A stretch of 32,000 bases of DNA from Thermodesulfobacterium commune DSM 2178. GTDB taxonomy: Bacteria > Desulfobacterota > Thermodesulfobacteria > Thermodesulfobacteriales > Thermodesulfobacteriaceae. The notes beneath the pieces were generated by a model, which was given only the letters and a program-made list of their open reading frames with translations, did not search any database and had not been told where the DNA came from. Made by a program: the position numbers and the translations under genes. The stretch spans positions 840,001-872,000 of the forward strand of contig NZ_CP008796.1 in NCBI RefSeq assembly GCF_000734015.1, written 5' to 3'. This document shows positions 16,640-26,479 of this stretch, in pieces (within the stretch, counting starts at the first letter, position 1; the number at the start of each line of letters is the position of its first letter).

Positions 16640-18100
16640 TTAAGTTAGAATGTGAAATTTATATTCGTAAACTAAAAATTCTTTATTTGGTTTTAAAGTG
16701 GTACTAAATCCATATTTCTTTTCTAAGTCTTCAAGGTAGTGGATTTCCTCACCTATTATTTCTGAAAGGTCAGGATGAATTTCAATCTCTATTTTTTTGT
16801 TTTTAATATGAGGACCCATTTTGATGAGCCTTCTCAAGATTTCATAGTAGATTGTCTTTTTACTTTTGATACTCCCCTCACCGTGACAATAAGGGCAGCT
16901 TTCTAAAAAGATCTTATAAAGAGAATCTCTTTTCCTTTCGCGGGTCATTTGTAAAATACCAAACGCAGAAATAGGTAGAAAACTATTTTTAGCTTTATCC
17001 TTTTTCAAAGCTTCTTTTAATGTTTGCACCACTAACTCTTGGTGTTCCGGATTTTCCATATCGATAAAGTCTATGATAATTAATCCACCTATATTTCTAA
17101 GTCTTAGTTGATAGGCAATTTCTTCGGCAGCCTCTAAGTTGATTTTATACACAGTTTCTTCTAATTCTTTGGTACCGGTATACCTCCCTGTGTTAACATC
17201 TATAGCAGTAAAAGCCTCACAAGGTTCGATCACTATAAAACCACCTGACTTAAGCCAAACCTTACGGGAAAGCAGTTTTTTAATATCTATCTGGATGCCA
17301 TGGGCAAAAAAAATATCTTCTTTGCCTTGATAGAGCTTTATATATGGTGCTAAATTAGGAAAATAGCGTTCTAAAAAGTTTTTAATCTCTTCAAAAAAGT
17401 CTTTATCGTCTACCACTATCTCTGAGATGTCTTTGGTAAATAAGTCTCTTATAGCACGAAGGGCTATATTTAGCTCTTCATACACTAAAGCTGGAGCCTT
17501 CATCTTTTCAGCTTTTTCTTTAATTTCACCCCAAAGACACAGCAAAAAGTCCAGTTCTGCCTTAAGTTCTTCTTCTGTAGCTCCTACTGCAGCTGTCCTT
17601 ATAATCCAACCTGTATTTGGTGGCTTTATTCGTTCTACAATTTCTCGTAGTCTTTTACGCTCTAAATCATCTTTTATTTTTCTTGAAATACCTACTCTGT
17701 TCATGTAAGGAAGATAGACAAGATAGTGTCCAGGTAAGGTTAAGTTGGTAGACACCCTTGCTCCCTTGTTTCCTAATGGCTCTTTAATCACCTGCACAAG
17801 GATTTCTTGCCCTTCTTTCAATATTTCATATAGATTTGCCATAAAAACCGTATCCTTTTCCCATTCTATTTCTGAAGAAGGCATGATATCATCACCAAAC
17901 AAAAATGCTGTACGGGAAAGACCAAGGTCAAGAAAAGCAGAGTTAATACCAGGAACCACCCTAACTACTTTTCCTTTATAAATATTACCTACTAAACTTT
18001 TTTCTGAAGGCCTTTCTACATAAAATTCAACCAACTGTCCGTTTTCTACCAAACCTACTCTTATCTCAAAAGGAGCATAATTAATGAGCAACTTAGCCAT
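16640..18100 (-). CDS. rng: Ribonuclease G/E family endoribonuclease
   Basis: 486 aa. It has the S1 domain GNIYKGKVVRVVPGINSAFLDLG, the catalytic core FTAIDVNTG...GGLIIIDFIDM, and a CPYCHG zinc link. Confidence 0.85.
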   Translation of the reverse strand: MAKLLINYAPFEIRVGLVENGQLVEFYVERPSEKSLVGNIYKGKVVRVVPGINSAFLDLGLSRTAFLFGDDIMPSSEIEWEKDTVFMANLYEILKEGQEILVQVIKEPLGNKGARVSTNLTLPGHYLVYLPYMNRVGISRKIKDDLERKRLREIVERIKPPNTGWIIRTAAVGATEEELKAELDFLLCLWGEIKEKAEKMKAPALVYEELNIALRAIRDLFTKDISEIVVDDKDFFEEIKNFLERYFPNLAPYIKLYQGKEDIFFAHGIQIDIKKLLSRKVWLKSGGFIVIEPCEAFTAIDVNTGRYTGTKELEETVYKINLEAAEEIAYQLRLRNIGGLIIIDFIDMENPEHQELVVQTLKEALKKDKAKNSFLPISAFGILQMTRERKRDSLYKIFLESCPYCHGEGSIKSKKTIYYEILRRLIKMGPHIKNKKIEIEIHPDLSEIIGEEIHYLEDLEKKYGFSTTLKPNKEFLVYEYKFHILT

Positions 18101-18105
18101 GGTCG

Positions 18106-18960
18106 TTATAAACGAAGCTCCTTCAAAAATTCTCTTATAAGTTTTTCTAACCGTTTTTCTGCTCTTTTAGACTGTTCAACCACCTCAGAAAAAAGGATAG
18201 GAATAAAGTTGTCTGGATCGTTTACGTTTGAAATAACAGAAATTCCTAAAACCTTTAATCCTGCATGAACTGCAACTATCACCTCTGGCACAGTAGACAT
18301 ACCCACGGCATCTGCTCCTATCATCCGTAAAAACCTTGTTTCAGCAGGGGTTTCAAGACTTGGACCTGGAACCGCTACATATACCCCTTCCCTTACCTCT
18401 TCTCCGAGCCTTAACGCAACTTTTTTAAAAAGTTCTCTCATCTCTTTATCATAAGCACATGACATATCAGGGAACCTTGGTCCCCATTCTTCGTTGTTTA
18501 TTCCTCGAAGAGGATTGTCAGGGATCAGGTTTATATGGTCTTTTATCACCATCAAATCACCAGGTTTAAAGTTAAGATTTAGTCCTCCAGCGGCGTTAGA
18601 CACTAAGTATAGCTTAGGTTTAAAAAGACTTAAAACCCTTAAAGGAAAGGTTATCTCTTTAGCTGAGTAGCCTTCATAAAAATGAAACCTTCCCTGTAAA
18701 ACAGCTACCCTTTTATTTTCTAAAATCCCAAAACAAAGCTCTCCTTTATGAGTTTCTACTGTAGACCGAGGAAAGTTAGGCAGTTCACGATAAGGAAAGA
18801 CAGCCAGCTTGTTGACCCTATCCCCCAAAGAAGATAGACCTGTACCTAAAGTTATGATGATATCTGGTCGAAAAGGAGCGATTTTTTTTAAATAATCAAA
18901 AGTTTCTTTTACTTTTTCAAAGTATTCTCTGTCTTTTTTTTCCATTTTGTTTTTAGCCAA
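18106..18960 (-). CDS. punA: Purine nucleoside phosphorylase (trimeric PNP/MTAP family)
   Basis: 284 aa. It contains LGTGLSSLGD, GRFHFYEGY, GGLN and VGMSTVPEVIVA. The start is either the TTG at 18960 or the ATG at 18945. Confidence 0.8.
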   Translation of the reverse strand: MAKNKMEKKDREYFEKVKETFDYLKKIAPFRPDIIITLGTGLSSLGDRVNKLAVFPYRELPNFPRSTVETHKGELCFGILENKRVAVLQGRFHFYEGYSAKEITFPLRVLSLFKPKLYLVSNAAGGLNLNFKPGDLMVIKDHINLIPDNPLRGINNEEWGPRFPDMSCAYDKEMRELFKKVALRLGEEVREGVYVAVPGPSLETPAETRFLRMIGADAVGMSTVPEVIVAVHAGLKVLGISVISNVNDPDNFIPILFSEVVEQSKRAEKRLEKLIREFLKELRL

Positions 18961-18962
18961 TC

Positions 18963-21026
18963 TTAAAACTGATCGGTAAACTTAGGTCTCCCAAGGTCAT
19001 CTATTTCTATTACTTTAACCCGGATTACTTCACCTATGTTATAAGCACTTTTCAAATCCTTTGGAGGGTTCGCCATTTTTGAAACATGTAAAAGACCTAT
19101 CTTCCCTGGTAACACCTCAATGAAAAGTCCATAAGGTTCTATTCTTGTTATCTTTCCTTCATAAATCTTACCTATTTCCACTTCAGATACCAGAGCTTCT
19201 ATTAGTTTCTTTGCTAAATCTACATCTTCTTGAGTTTGCCCGGTAATACTAACTTTACCTCCTTCTAATACCCAGATACTAGTATTTGTTTTTTCTTTGA
19301 GTTCTTTTACTGTCTTTCCACCTGGACCTATTATAAGATAGGTTTTATCTTCAGGAACGGTTATGATTTCGATCTTCGGAGCATATGGAGAAAGGGTTTT
19401 TCTTGGTTCAGATATAGCCTCATACATCTTATCCAAGATAAACTCTCTTGCCTTTTTAGCCTTTGAAAGAGCCTCAGCTAAAACCTCTTTAGAAAGTCCT
19501 TTAATTTTAATATCCATCTGAATACTAGTAATCCCATCCCTGGTACCAGCAACCTTAAAATCCATATCTCCAAGCTGGTCTTCTTCTCCTAAAATATCTG
19601 TTATTATTAAAGACCTCCCTTCTTCTAAAATAAGACCCATCGCAATCCCTGCTACATGCTTAGGAATAGGAACTCCTGCATCAAACAGCGCTAAGGAACC
19701 GGCACAAACCGTTGCCATGGAGGAAGAACCGTTTGATTCAAAAACATTGGCTACCACCCTGATTATATAAGGAAACACCTCTTCCTCTGGAATCAAAGGT
19801 TCTAAAGCCCTTTCAGCTAAAGCCCCATGACCTATCTCCCTTCTTCTTGGAGGTCCCCAAGGTCTGGCTTCTCCGGTACAAAAAGGAGGAAAGTTATAAT
19901 GAAGCATAAACCTCTTAAACACCTCTCCTTCATAAATACTTTCTACCAACTGAGCCTGTTCTCTTGAACCTAAAGTAACACTGGCAAAAACCTGGGTTTG
20001 GCCTCTAGTAAAAACCGCACTTCCATGAGGTCTCTCAAAGGGATGGATCTTAATATCTATAGGCCTTATCTCATCGGGAGTTCTTCCATCAATCCTCTTA
20101 CCCTCTTTAAAAAGTTTCTCTCTCATTACCTTGCTTATCAGTTTTTTATATTGATACCCCAGTAAAACTTTCTGCGAGGCTATTTTTTCATGCTGATTGA
20201 CAAATTCTTCAAAAATTTGTGCCAAAGCTGCCTTTCTTTGAAGTTTATCTTGTATGCTTAAAGCCTCTTCAATTCTTGATTTAACAAAACTGTTTAAGGT
20301 TTCTATAATATTTAACCAATCAGAAGGCAACTCTACATTCACCTTAGGTTTTCCTAAGTCTTCTATAAGTTTCTTTTGAGCCTCTATCAAAGGTTTAGCT
20401 CTATCTAAAACCAAATAAAGCGCCTCAAGAACAACCTCTTCTTCTACCTCTTTTCCTCCTCCTTCTACCATCACGATAGCATCTTCAGAACAAGACACAA
20501 TCAGCTCTAAGTCTGCCTGTTGTCTTTGCTCATAGGTAGGGTTTAGGATAAACTCTCCGTTCACTCTCCCAACCCTAAAACCTGCGATTGGACCTTCAAA
20601 AGGTGCTTGAGAAAGCATCAAAGCAGTAGAAGCCCCAGTAATAGCTAATACATCTGGGTCATATTTTTCATCAGCCGAAAGGGTTAAGGCTGTCACCACC
20701 ACATCGTAAAAAAAACCTTCAGAAAAAAGAGGCCTAACAGACCTGTCTATAACTCGAGATACCAGAATTTCTCTATCCGTAGGTTTCCCTTCTCTTTTTA
20801 TAAAGCCTCCAGGTATCTTTCCCCATGCTGAAGACTGCTCTCTATAGTCTACCGAAAGGGGGGTGAAATCTACCCCTTCTACCAAAGACTGCCCTATCAC
20901 TGCTGTTACCAAAACAGCTGTATCTCCCTGTCTTATTACAACTGATCCATCAGCAAACTTAGCATATTCTCCGGTTTCAATAATAATCGGATCGCCCCAT
21001 CCCAGGTCTACCGACAATCTTTTCAT
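18963..21026 (-). CDS. pnp: Polyribonucleotide nucleotidyltransferase (PNPase)
   Basis: 687 aa. It has two RNase PH domains (GRTPDEIRPI, FESNGSSSMATVC), a KH domain (IGPGGKTVKEL) and an S1 domain (GKIYEGKITRIEPYGLFIEV). Confidence 0.95.
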   Translation of the reverse strand: MKRLSVDLGWGDPIIIETGEYAKFADGSVVIRQGDTAVLVTAVIGQSLVEGVDFTPLSVDYREQSSAWGKIPGGFIKREGKPTDREILVSRVIDRSVRPLFSEGFFYDVVVTALTLSADEKYDPDVLAITGASTALMLSQAPFEGPIAGFRVGRVNGEFILNPTYEQRQQADLELIVSCSEDAIVMVEGGGKEVEEEVVLEALYLVLDRAKPLIEAQKKLIEDLGKPKVNVELPSDWLNIIETLNSFVKSRIEEALSIQDKLQRKAALAQIFEEFVNQHEKIASQKVLLGYQYKKLISKVMREKLFKEGKRIDGRTPDEIRPIDIKIHPFERPHGSAVFTRGQTQVFASVTLGSREQAQLVESIYEGEVFKRFMLHYNFPPFCTGEARPWGPPRRREIGHGALAERALEPLIPEEEVFPYIIRVVANVFESNGSSSMATVCAGSLALFDAGVPIPKHVAGIAMGLILEEGRSLIITDILGEEDQLGDMDFKVAGTRDGITSIQMDIKIKGLSKEVLAEALSKAKKAREFILDKMYEAISEPRKTLSPYAPKIEIITVPEDKTYLIIGPGGKTVKELKEKTNTSIWVLEGGKVSITGQTQEDVDLAKKLIEALVSEVEIGKIYEGKITRIEPYGLFIEVLPGKIGLLHVSKMANPPKDLKSAYNIGEVIRVKVIEIDDLGRPKFTDQF

Positions 21027-21114
21027 ATATTACTCCCTTAATTTTTTGCTTAGATAAGTTTAGAGTATAAAATTAAAAATGCAAGAACTTTTGAGTTTAG
21101 TTCTAAAAGGTTAT

Positions 21115-21139
21115 TATATATTAATTTAATTAATATATA
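21115..21139. repeat. Perfect AT-only palindrome, 12-bp arms with 1-nt centre (TATATATTAATT t AATTAATATATA)
   Basis: Checked base by base. It spans the stop codon of the NrfD-like gene (21130-21132) in the psrC-pnp junction. Confidence 0.9.
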
Positions 21140-22116
21140 CTCAGCTTAATAAGTTGTCCAGCATAAACTATAGCCCCTCTCAAGATTAAAGTTCCTGCAA
21201 TTACCAGTATAGCTGCTATGTTCATCCTCAAAATTTGACCTCTGGTAAACTGATGAGGAAGTCCATGTTCTTCAAACTCGGTAATTTCTCCGAGTTTCAT
21301 CCGTAAAGCAAGAGGCAAAAACAAAAAGATTAGTATCAAGGCAAGGGTATAGATAAAATATTCTCCTTTAAACGAAAAGAAAGGTTCTAACGCCCTTTTG
21401 TAAGGGGCAGAAGAAACATATAACCCATAAAAGTAAAGAGGTATAAGCAAAAGTTCTATGACGATAAGCCATACGTCTATTTTTGTAAAAAGATACTTGA
21501 TTTCTACATCCTTGGCTATGATAACTATCAAAGCTGCTCCTGCTGAAAGAGCAGAAACCAAAAACAAAATAGGGAGGGTCGCGTTATTCCATAACGGAAC
21601 AGCCAAAAAAGAGGCTAAAAGAATACCAGTATAAATAGCCAAAAAGATACCTGCCACAAAGTTTATTTTGGCAATCAGTCTCATTCTTGGTTTTAACCTA
21701 TCTGAAAATCTTTTTAAAAATTCAAACTTTAGATAATGTTTTTGTTCTTCAGGCAACACAGCAAGAATATAAAGGGCATTAAAAAACAAAACTAAAGGAA
21801 CACCCCAAGTACCCCAGGACATAAGAGAAAGAGGCTGAAAGGTCAAATATCCCCAGTAAAGATGCCATGGGGCTTTAATTTCAAGGATGATAAAAAGAGC
21901 ACCTACAGCAAGCATGACAAAAGCAATCAATGGAGCTCTTACACATTTGGCTAACTCTTCTACTGTTTTGGTAGGCCTAAGGTTGGCGATAGAACACATA
22001 ACCAAAGTTCCTGCAGCCAATCCTCCTAAAAATAGATATAACACTATCCTCCAGTCCCATACCTCAAAATGAGGAAAGGTGATAGAGTTAGTCCCGGTAA
22101 TGGTTATTTCTACCAT
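21130..22116 (-). CDS. NrfD/PsrC-family integral membrane subunit of a molybdopterin oxidoreductase
   Basis: 328 aa and polytopic (about 8-9 hydrophobic helices). It lies 2 nt downstream of the FeS subunit gene. Confidence 0.8.
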   Translation of the reverse strand: MVEITITGTNSITFPHFEVWDWRIVLYLFLGGLAAGTLVMCSIANLRPTKTVEELAKCVRAPLIAFVMLAVGALFIILEIKAPWHLYWGYLTFQPLSLMSWGTWGVPLVLFFNALYILAVLPEEQKHYLKFEFLKRFSDRLKPRMRLIAKINFVAGIFLAIYTGILLASFLAVPLWNNATLPILFLVSALSAGAALIVIIAKDVEIKYLFTKIDVWLIVIELLLIPLYFYGLYVSSAPYKRALEPFFSFKGEYFIYTLALILIFLFLPLALRMKLGEITEFEEHGLPHQFTRGQILRMNIAAILVIAGTLILRGAIVYAGQLIKLSIY

Positions 22117-22118
22117 GG

Positions 22119-22676
22119 TTAAAACCCCCCTGGGAATCTCTTGTTAATATAAAAAACACGAGGTTTAGTACCTGCCCATTCAAGCCTTACAGCAGCATCG
22201 TGAGTCCTTAAAATCTTAGCCACTTCACTTTCAGGGTCGTCTAAATCTCCAAAGATCCTCGATTTACCCAAACAAGTTTCTACACAAGCAGGTAATTTTC
22301 CTTCTTTTATTCTGTGCTGACAAAAGGTACACTTATCAGCTGTCCCATCAGGACGAATGTATCTTGCATCATAAGGACAGGCCAAAATACAGGCCTTACA
22401 TCCAATACACTTTTTATGGTCTATTTGAACGGTTCCATCTTTTGCCCTGTGAGAAGCCCTGGTGGGACAAGCATCTATACAAGGAGCAATTTCACAATGA
22501 TTACAAAGTTCTGACCTGAGTTCCATCCTGAGGTTGGGAAATTCTCCTCTAACCTCTTCTACCACCCTTGTCCTAAAATAACCATCTGCTACCTTATTCT
22601 CCTTTTTACACGCTATAACACAAGCCATACACCCTACACATTTCTCTACATCTATAACCATCGCATATCTTGGCAT
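22119..22676 (-). CDS. 4Fe-4S ferredoxin-type electron-transfer subunit (PsrB/PhsB-like)
   Basis: 185 aa with four Cys clusters: CVGCMACVIAC, CNHCEIAPCIDACP, CIGCKACILACP and CTFCQHR...C..C. Confidence 0.85.
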   Translation of the reverse strand: MPRYAMVIDVEKCVGCMACVIACKKENKVADGYFRTRVVEEVRGEFPNLRMELRSELCNHCEIAPCIDACPTRASHRAKDGTVQIDHKKCIGCKACILACPYDARYIRPDGTADKCTFCQHRIKEGKLPACVETCLGKSRIFGDLDDPESEVAKILRTHDAAVRLEWAGTKPRVFYINKRFPGGF

Positions 22677-22692
22677 GTTATTTCACCTCCTT

Positions 22693-24891
22693 TTAAGCCT
22701 TCTCTATCTTAACAAAATTAATCCTCATTCCTACACTTCCAGAAATCGGGTCTACAGCATATCTGGTTATCAGCTGTTGGTCGTCTGCACCGTTTAAATA
22801 AGCTCTTTTTAGCATAGGAGAAAAACTTCCAAACCCATGAGGGACATAAACACAATCTGGTCTAATCCTTTCGGTAACCTTTAACTTAACCTTATTGCTT
22901 TTAACTCCATCCTGGTTAACAAGGACCACATAATCCCCGTTTTTAAGTCCTAACTTCTTAGCTACCTTAGCGTTAAGCCAAGCAGCATTTTCTTTCATCA
23001 GCTCCCATAAAGATGGATTATTGGTAGTTCTTGAGAAGGTATGCACAGGTACCCTACCATAAATAAGTCTAAAATACCCTTTAGGCGGTTGTTCATGCTT
23101 GGTATAGGTAGGAATAGGAGGAAACCCTGCTTCCTCTAATTGCTTGCTATAAAGTTCTATCTTGCCAGAAGGAGTTTTAAATTTAACCTCAGAAGATTCA
23201 TTGATGTAAGGATTAGCAGTGCCTGGTATCTCTATATAACCTTTCTGTTTAAGCTCTTCAAAATTTAATCCAAGAGCCTCACATTTAGCCTTAAGAAAAT
23301 CCTCAAAATCATTATAAGGAAAATATTCCTTTAAACCAAGCCTTACTCCTAACTCTTTTGCTATCCACCAACCAGGCTTGGTATCATACATCGGGTTAAC
23401 AACCGGTTGTCTCAAGGCTAACCCTATGCTTCTTTCCTTTACCACAAAAATATCATCATATCTTTCTAGGTAGGTACACTCTGGGAGAACCACATCTGCA
23501 TAAAGCACATGATCAAAGGGCATCATATCAACCGCTACTACAAGGTCCAACTTTTTAATAGCCTCGATGGTATCCCTCTGATTAGGAGTAGATTTAATAA
23601 GATTAGTCCCTGTAATCAACCATCCCTTTATAGGATAGGGTTTCTCCGTAAGGGTTGCCTTTATAATCTCAGGGATAACCCCTTCTTCTTCGGTAAAAGG
23701 GTAAGGCCCTTTATTTATCTCAGGTTTTTGATGTTCTGGATAAGGTACTCCACAAAAGTCTCCAAAACCATACTCAGACAAAGGATTCTTTGGTGGAAGA
23801 TATATACCCCCTGGCCTTCCATAAGCTCCTAAAAGGGCAGTAAGGATCGCTATCGCTCTTACTCTTTGAGTATTATCTCCATACCAGGCAGTATGTCTTC
23901 CAGGATGAATTAAGACAGAAGGTTTGTTTTTTCCCATAATTCTTGCAGTCTCTATGATCAAAGAAACAGGGATGTCTGTTTCTTTTTCAGCCCATTGAGG
24001 AGTATATTCTTTCACTGCTTCAGCCAGTTTATCAAAACCTTCGGTATATTTAGCTACATACTCTTTATCATAGAGCCCCTCTGTTATGATTACATTTATC
24101 CAGGCCAAAAGCAAAGCAAGGTCGGTAGCTGGCTTGATAGGAAGCCAGTATTTAGCTTTGCTTGCTGCGGTAGAAAACCTCGGGTCTACTACGATAACTG
24201 TAGCTCCCTTTCCGACTGCCTCTGCAAACTCCTGACACATAGAGTTATGTGCATTTTCTCCTATATGAAACCCCATCAATACAATAACTTTACTATTCTT
24301 TAAATCTGCCCTTTCTGGATTACCCACAGGTGCACCAAAGGTAAGTTTAAAGGCTATGTCTCTTGCCCCTCTACAAAGGGCATAAGAAGGCATACCCAAA
24401 TTAGGAGAACCATAGGCCCATAAAAGATGAATAAAATAAGTAGATATAGTCCCATGGGTAAAGAGGGCTACAGACTCAGGACCATAGGTTTCTTTAATCT
24501 TAAGCATCTTTTCTGCTACATAATTTAAAGCCTCATCCCAAGAAGCCTTTTTAAACTTACCCTCTCCTCTTTGCCCAACCCTTATCAAAGGATGTTTAAG
24601 CCTGTCTGGGTCATAAAGAAGACCTATTCCACCATGACCTCTGGCACAAAGTTTACCTCTTGATTGAGGATGTGCAGGATGTCCGTCAAGCTTAACCACC
24701 TTTCCGTCTACTACCTTCGCTATAACCCCACATCTCCAAAAACACATTTCACAAACGGTAGGAACATATATCGGTTTACCTTCTGGTTTACGTCCTAAAC
24801 CTAATAATCTATCTACCTGCGTAGCCCCTATAACTCCAATTCCTCCAGAACCAGCAACTACCTTTAAAAAATCTCTTCTTGACCATTTCAT
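22693..24891 (-). CDS. Molybdopterin (bis-MGD) oxidoreductase catalytic subunit, polysulfide/thiosulfate reductase-like (PsrA/PhsA)
   Basis: 732 aa. It has a twin-arginine signal MKWSRRDFLK and the N-terminal FeS motif CEMCFWRCG...C. The operon order is A-B-C. Substrate specificity cannot be read from the sequence. Confidence 0.8.
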   Translation of the reverse strand: MKWSRRDFLKVVAGSGGIGVIGATQVDRLLGLGRKPEGKPIYVPTVCEMCFWRCGVIAKVVDGKVVKLDGHPAHPQSRGKLCARGHGGIGLLYDPDRLKHPLIRVGQRGEGKFKKASWDEALNYVAEKMLKIKETYGPESVALFTHGTISTYFIHLLWAYGSPNLGMPSYALCRGARDIAFKLTFGAPVGNPERADLKNSKVIVLMGFHIGENAHNSMCQEFAEAVGKGATVIVVDPRFSTAASKAKYWLPIKPATDLALLLAWINVIITEGLYDKEYVAKYTEGFDKLAEAVKEYTPQWAEKETDIPVSLIIETARIMGKNKPSVLIHPGRHTAWYGDNTQRVRAIAILTALLGAYGRPGGIYLPPKNPLSEYGFGDFCGVPYPEHQKPEINKGPYPFTEEEGVIPEIIKATLTEKPYPIKGWLITGTNLIKSTPNQRDTIEAIKKLDLVVAVDMMPFDHVLYADVVLPECTYLERYDDIFVVKERSIGLALRQPVVNPMYDTKPGWWIAKELGVRLGLKEYFPYNDFEDFLKAKCEALGLNFEELKQKGYIEIPGTANPYINESSEVKFKTPSGKIELYSKQLEEAGFPPIPTYTKHEQPPKGYFRLIYGRVPVHTFSRTTNNPSLWELMKENAAWLNAKVAKKLGLKNGDYVVLVNQDGVKSNKVKLKVTERIRPDCVYVPHGFGSFSPMLKRAYLNGADDQQLITRYAVDPISGSVGMRINFVKIEKA

Positions 24892-25056
24892 TCCTTAAAC
24901 CTCCTTGGTCTTTTCTAAGCCCTTTAAGAAATTAGTTTAAAAAAGAGATATAAAAAGTCAAGATTTAACGCAATCATTTATTGAAAATTTAAACAGGACG
25001 AGCTTAAGAAGAACTAAAAAAGAAAAAAACTAAAATCTAAGAGAAAAACTTAATAA

Positions 25057-26337
25057 TTAAGCCTCTAATTTCTTTAAAAGCTCGTTTAAACTTAAGTTAA
25101 GACCGCTTTTATCTCTTTTTATCATCCCACCGATCTTTATAAAAGTTTCTTTTTCTTCTCTTTTCAGAAAAACCCAAAGGGTTTGAGGATCAAGAAAATA
25201 TACCCCTATCAACCCAAAGATCATCAACAGAAAACCCATGTAAACCAACCAAACTCCTGGGTCCTTTTTAACTTGAAGCACACTCATGTAAAACTTATCA
25301 ACCAGGCCTTTAAGTTCAAGTTTCCCTACATTTTTACCTATCTTAAACTCTGAAGGTTTACCCTCGATAGCGAAAATCTCGTCCCCCTCCCCTGTTTCTT
25401 GATCTAATAGATTAAACTTAGCTACCACAAAACCTTGATGAGCCATATAGGCATCAAGCATAAGCACGTATCTATCACCTATTTCTGCAGGTACCGTAGG
25501 ATCAACTTGTTTTTCTAAGGTTTTCCCGTCTATACTTACTCTTATAGTAAATTTAGGCAATTCTTCATAGCTTGCTTGATAAAAGGTAATTCCTTTATAT
25601 TTAGCCGGCTGGTTAACCTTGATCAAAGCATCTACTGTTTTATTGTTTTTTTCTATAAAAGTCACATTTGAAACATACTCTTTAGGAGTTCCGTCTGGAT
25701 AAACTTCCATCGTAAACTTATTCAGTTTCACAGAAAAATCAACTATAACAGGATGGTCCTTCCTAAAAAGGTTTATCTGATTAGAGGTTTCCCCTTCTAA
25801 CAAATACATGTTACCTCTAAAACCCCAAATAGCACCTACGATAGCTCCTACTATTATCAGAACCAAAGAAAAATGAACTAAATATACCGCTAAATAACCT
25901 ATCCGATTTTTATCCTGATAGAACAAAATTCCTTCTGGAGTTTCCTTTTGTTTAAACCCTAAGGTTTGTAATAGATTTATCAGTTGAGAAACATCTTTTT
26001 TTAATCTAGTCTCTTGAGCATTAGGTAATTTATGCGGGTCAACTTCTGCAGGATTTTTTTTAAAAAGCTTCCAGCTAAACTTAATCCTTTTTATCGAACA
26101 GCTAACAAGGTTTACCATGAAAAATAATAGTAAAAAAATATACAATACAGAATGATAAAAATCATCAAGCTGAAAAGCAAGGATCAACCGGCCTAAGGAT
26201 GGTCCGTATTTCATCAAGTAAAAATCTGAGGGGTGAGCCTGAGGAATAATAGTTCCTAAAATGGAAAAAAAAGCTATAAGGAAAAACAAAACTATGGCAA
26301 CCTTAATCGAAGAAATAAAATCCCAGATTGACCTCAT
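25057..26337 (-). CDS. resB: Cytochrome c biogenesis protein ResB/Ccs1 (system II)
   Basis: 426 aa. The N-terminus is FISSIKVAIVLFFLIAFFSILGTIIPQ, with a large central soluble domain and a C-terminal TM. No ccsA/resC gene is adjacent. Confidence 0.75.
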   Translation of the reverse strand: MRSIWDFISSIKVAIVLFFLIAFFSILGTIIPQAHPSDFYLMKYGPSLGRLILAFQLDDFYHSVLYIFLLLFFMVNLVSCSIKRIKFSWKLFKKNPAEVDPHKLPNAQETRLKKDVSQLINLLQTLGFKQKETPEGILFYQDKNRIGYLAVYLVHFSLVLIIVGAIVGAIWGFRGNMYLLEGETSNQINLFRKDHPVIVDFSVKLNKFTMEVYPDGTPKEYVSNVTFIEKNNKTVDALIKVNQPAKYKGITFYQASYEELPKFTIRVSIDGKTLEKQVDPTVPAEIGDRYVLMLDAYMAHQGFVVAKFNLLDQETGEGDEIFAIEGKPSEFKIGKNVGKLELKGLVDKFYMSVLQVKKDPGVWLVYMGFLLMIFGLIGVYFLDPQTLWVFLKREEKETFIKIGGMIKRDKSGLNLSLNELLKKLEA

Positions 26338-26479
26338 TCTTCAACTCCTTTAGGTTAGTTTAAAAAACTTTTTTAAAAATAACATATAAAAATTTTTAAA
26401 TCAACCCCATAACCTCACCTTGAAAAACCTGTAATTTAGGTTTTAATTTGAAAATAAAATTATCAAAAAAGGAGTTTTT

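Noticed and set aside
17139-17981. Three plus-strand ORFs (63-93 aa) inside the rng gene
   Set aside because: They are antisense to a well-supported RNase G/E CDS. Their translations are low-complexity and Ser/Ile-rich, with no RBS or motif. They are shadow ORFs typical of AT-rich genomes.
23509-24303. Plus-strand ORFs of 107 and 102 aa inside psrA. Similar antisense ORFs lie at 2861-3043, 5857-6069, 12470-12844, 20863-21057, 21887-22072, 22314-22514, 26710-27009, 27109-27297 and 29280-29492.
   Set aside because: All are fully or largely antisense to strongly supported genes. None has recognisable domains, and I treat them as spurious.
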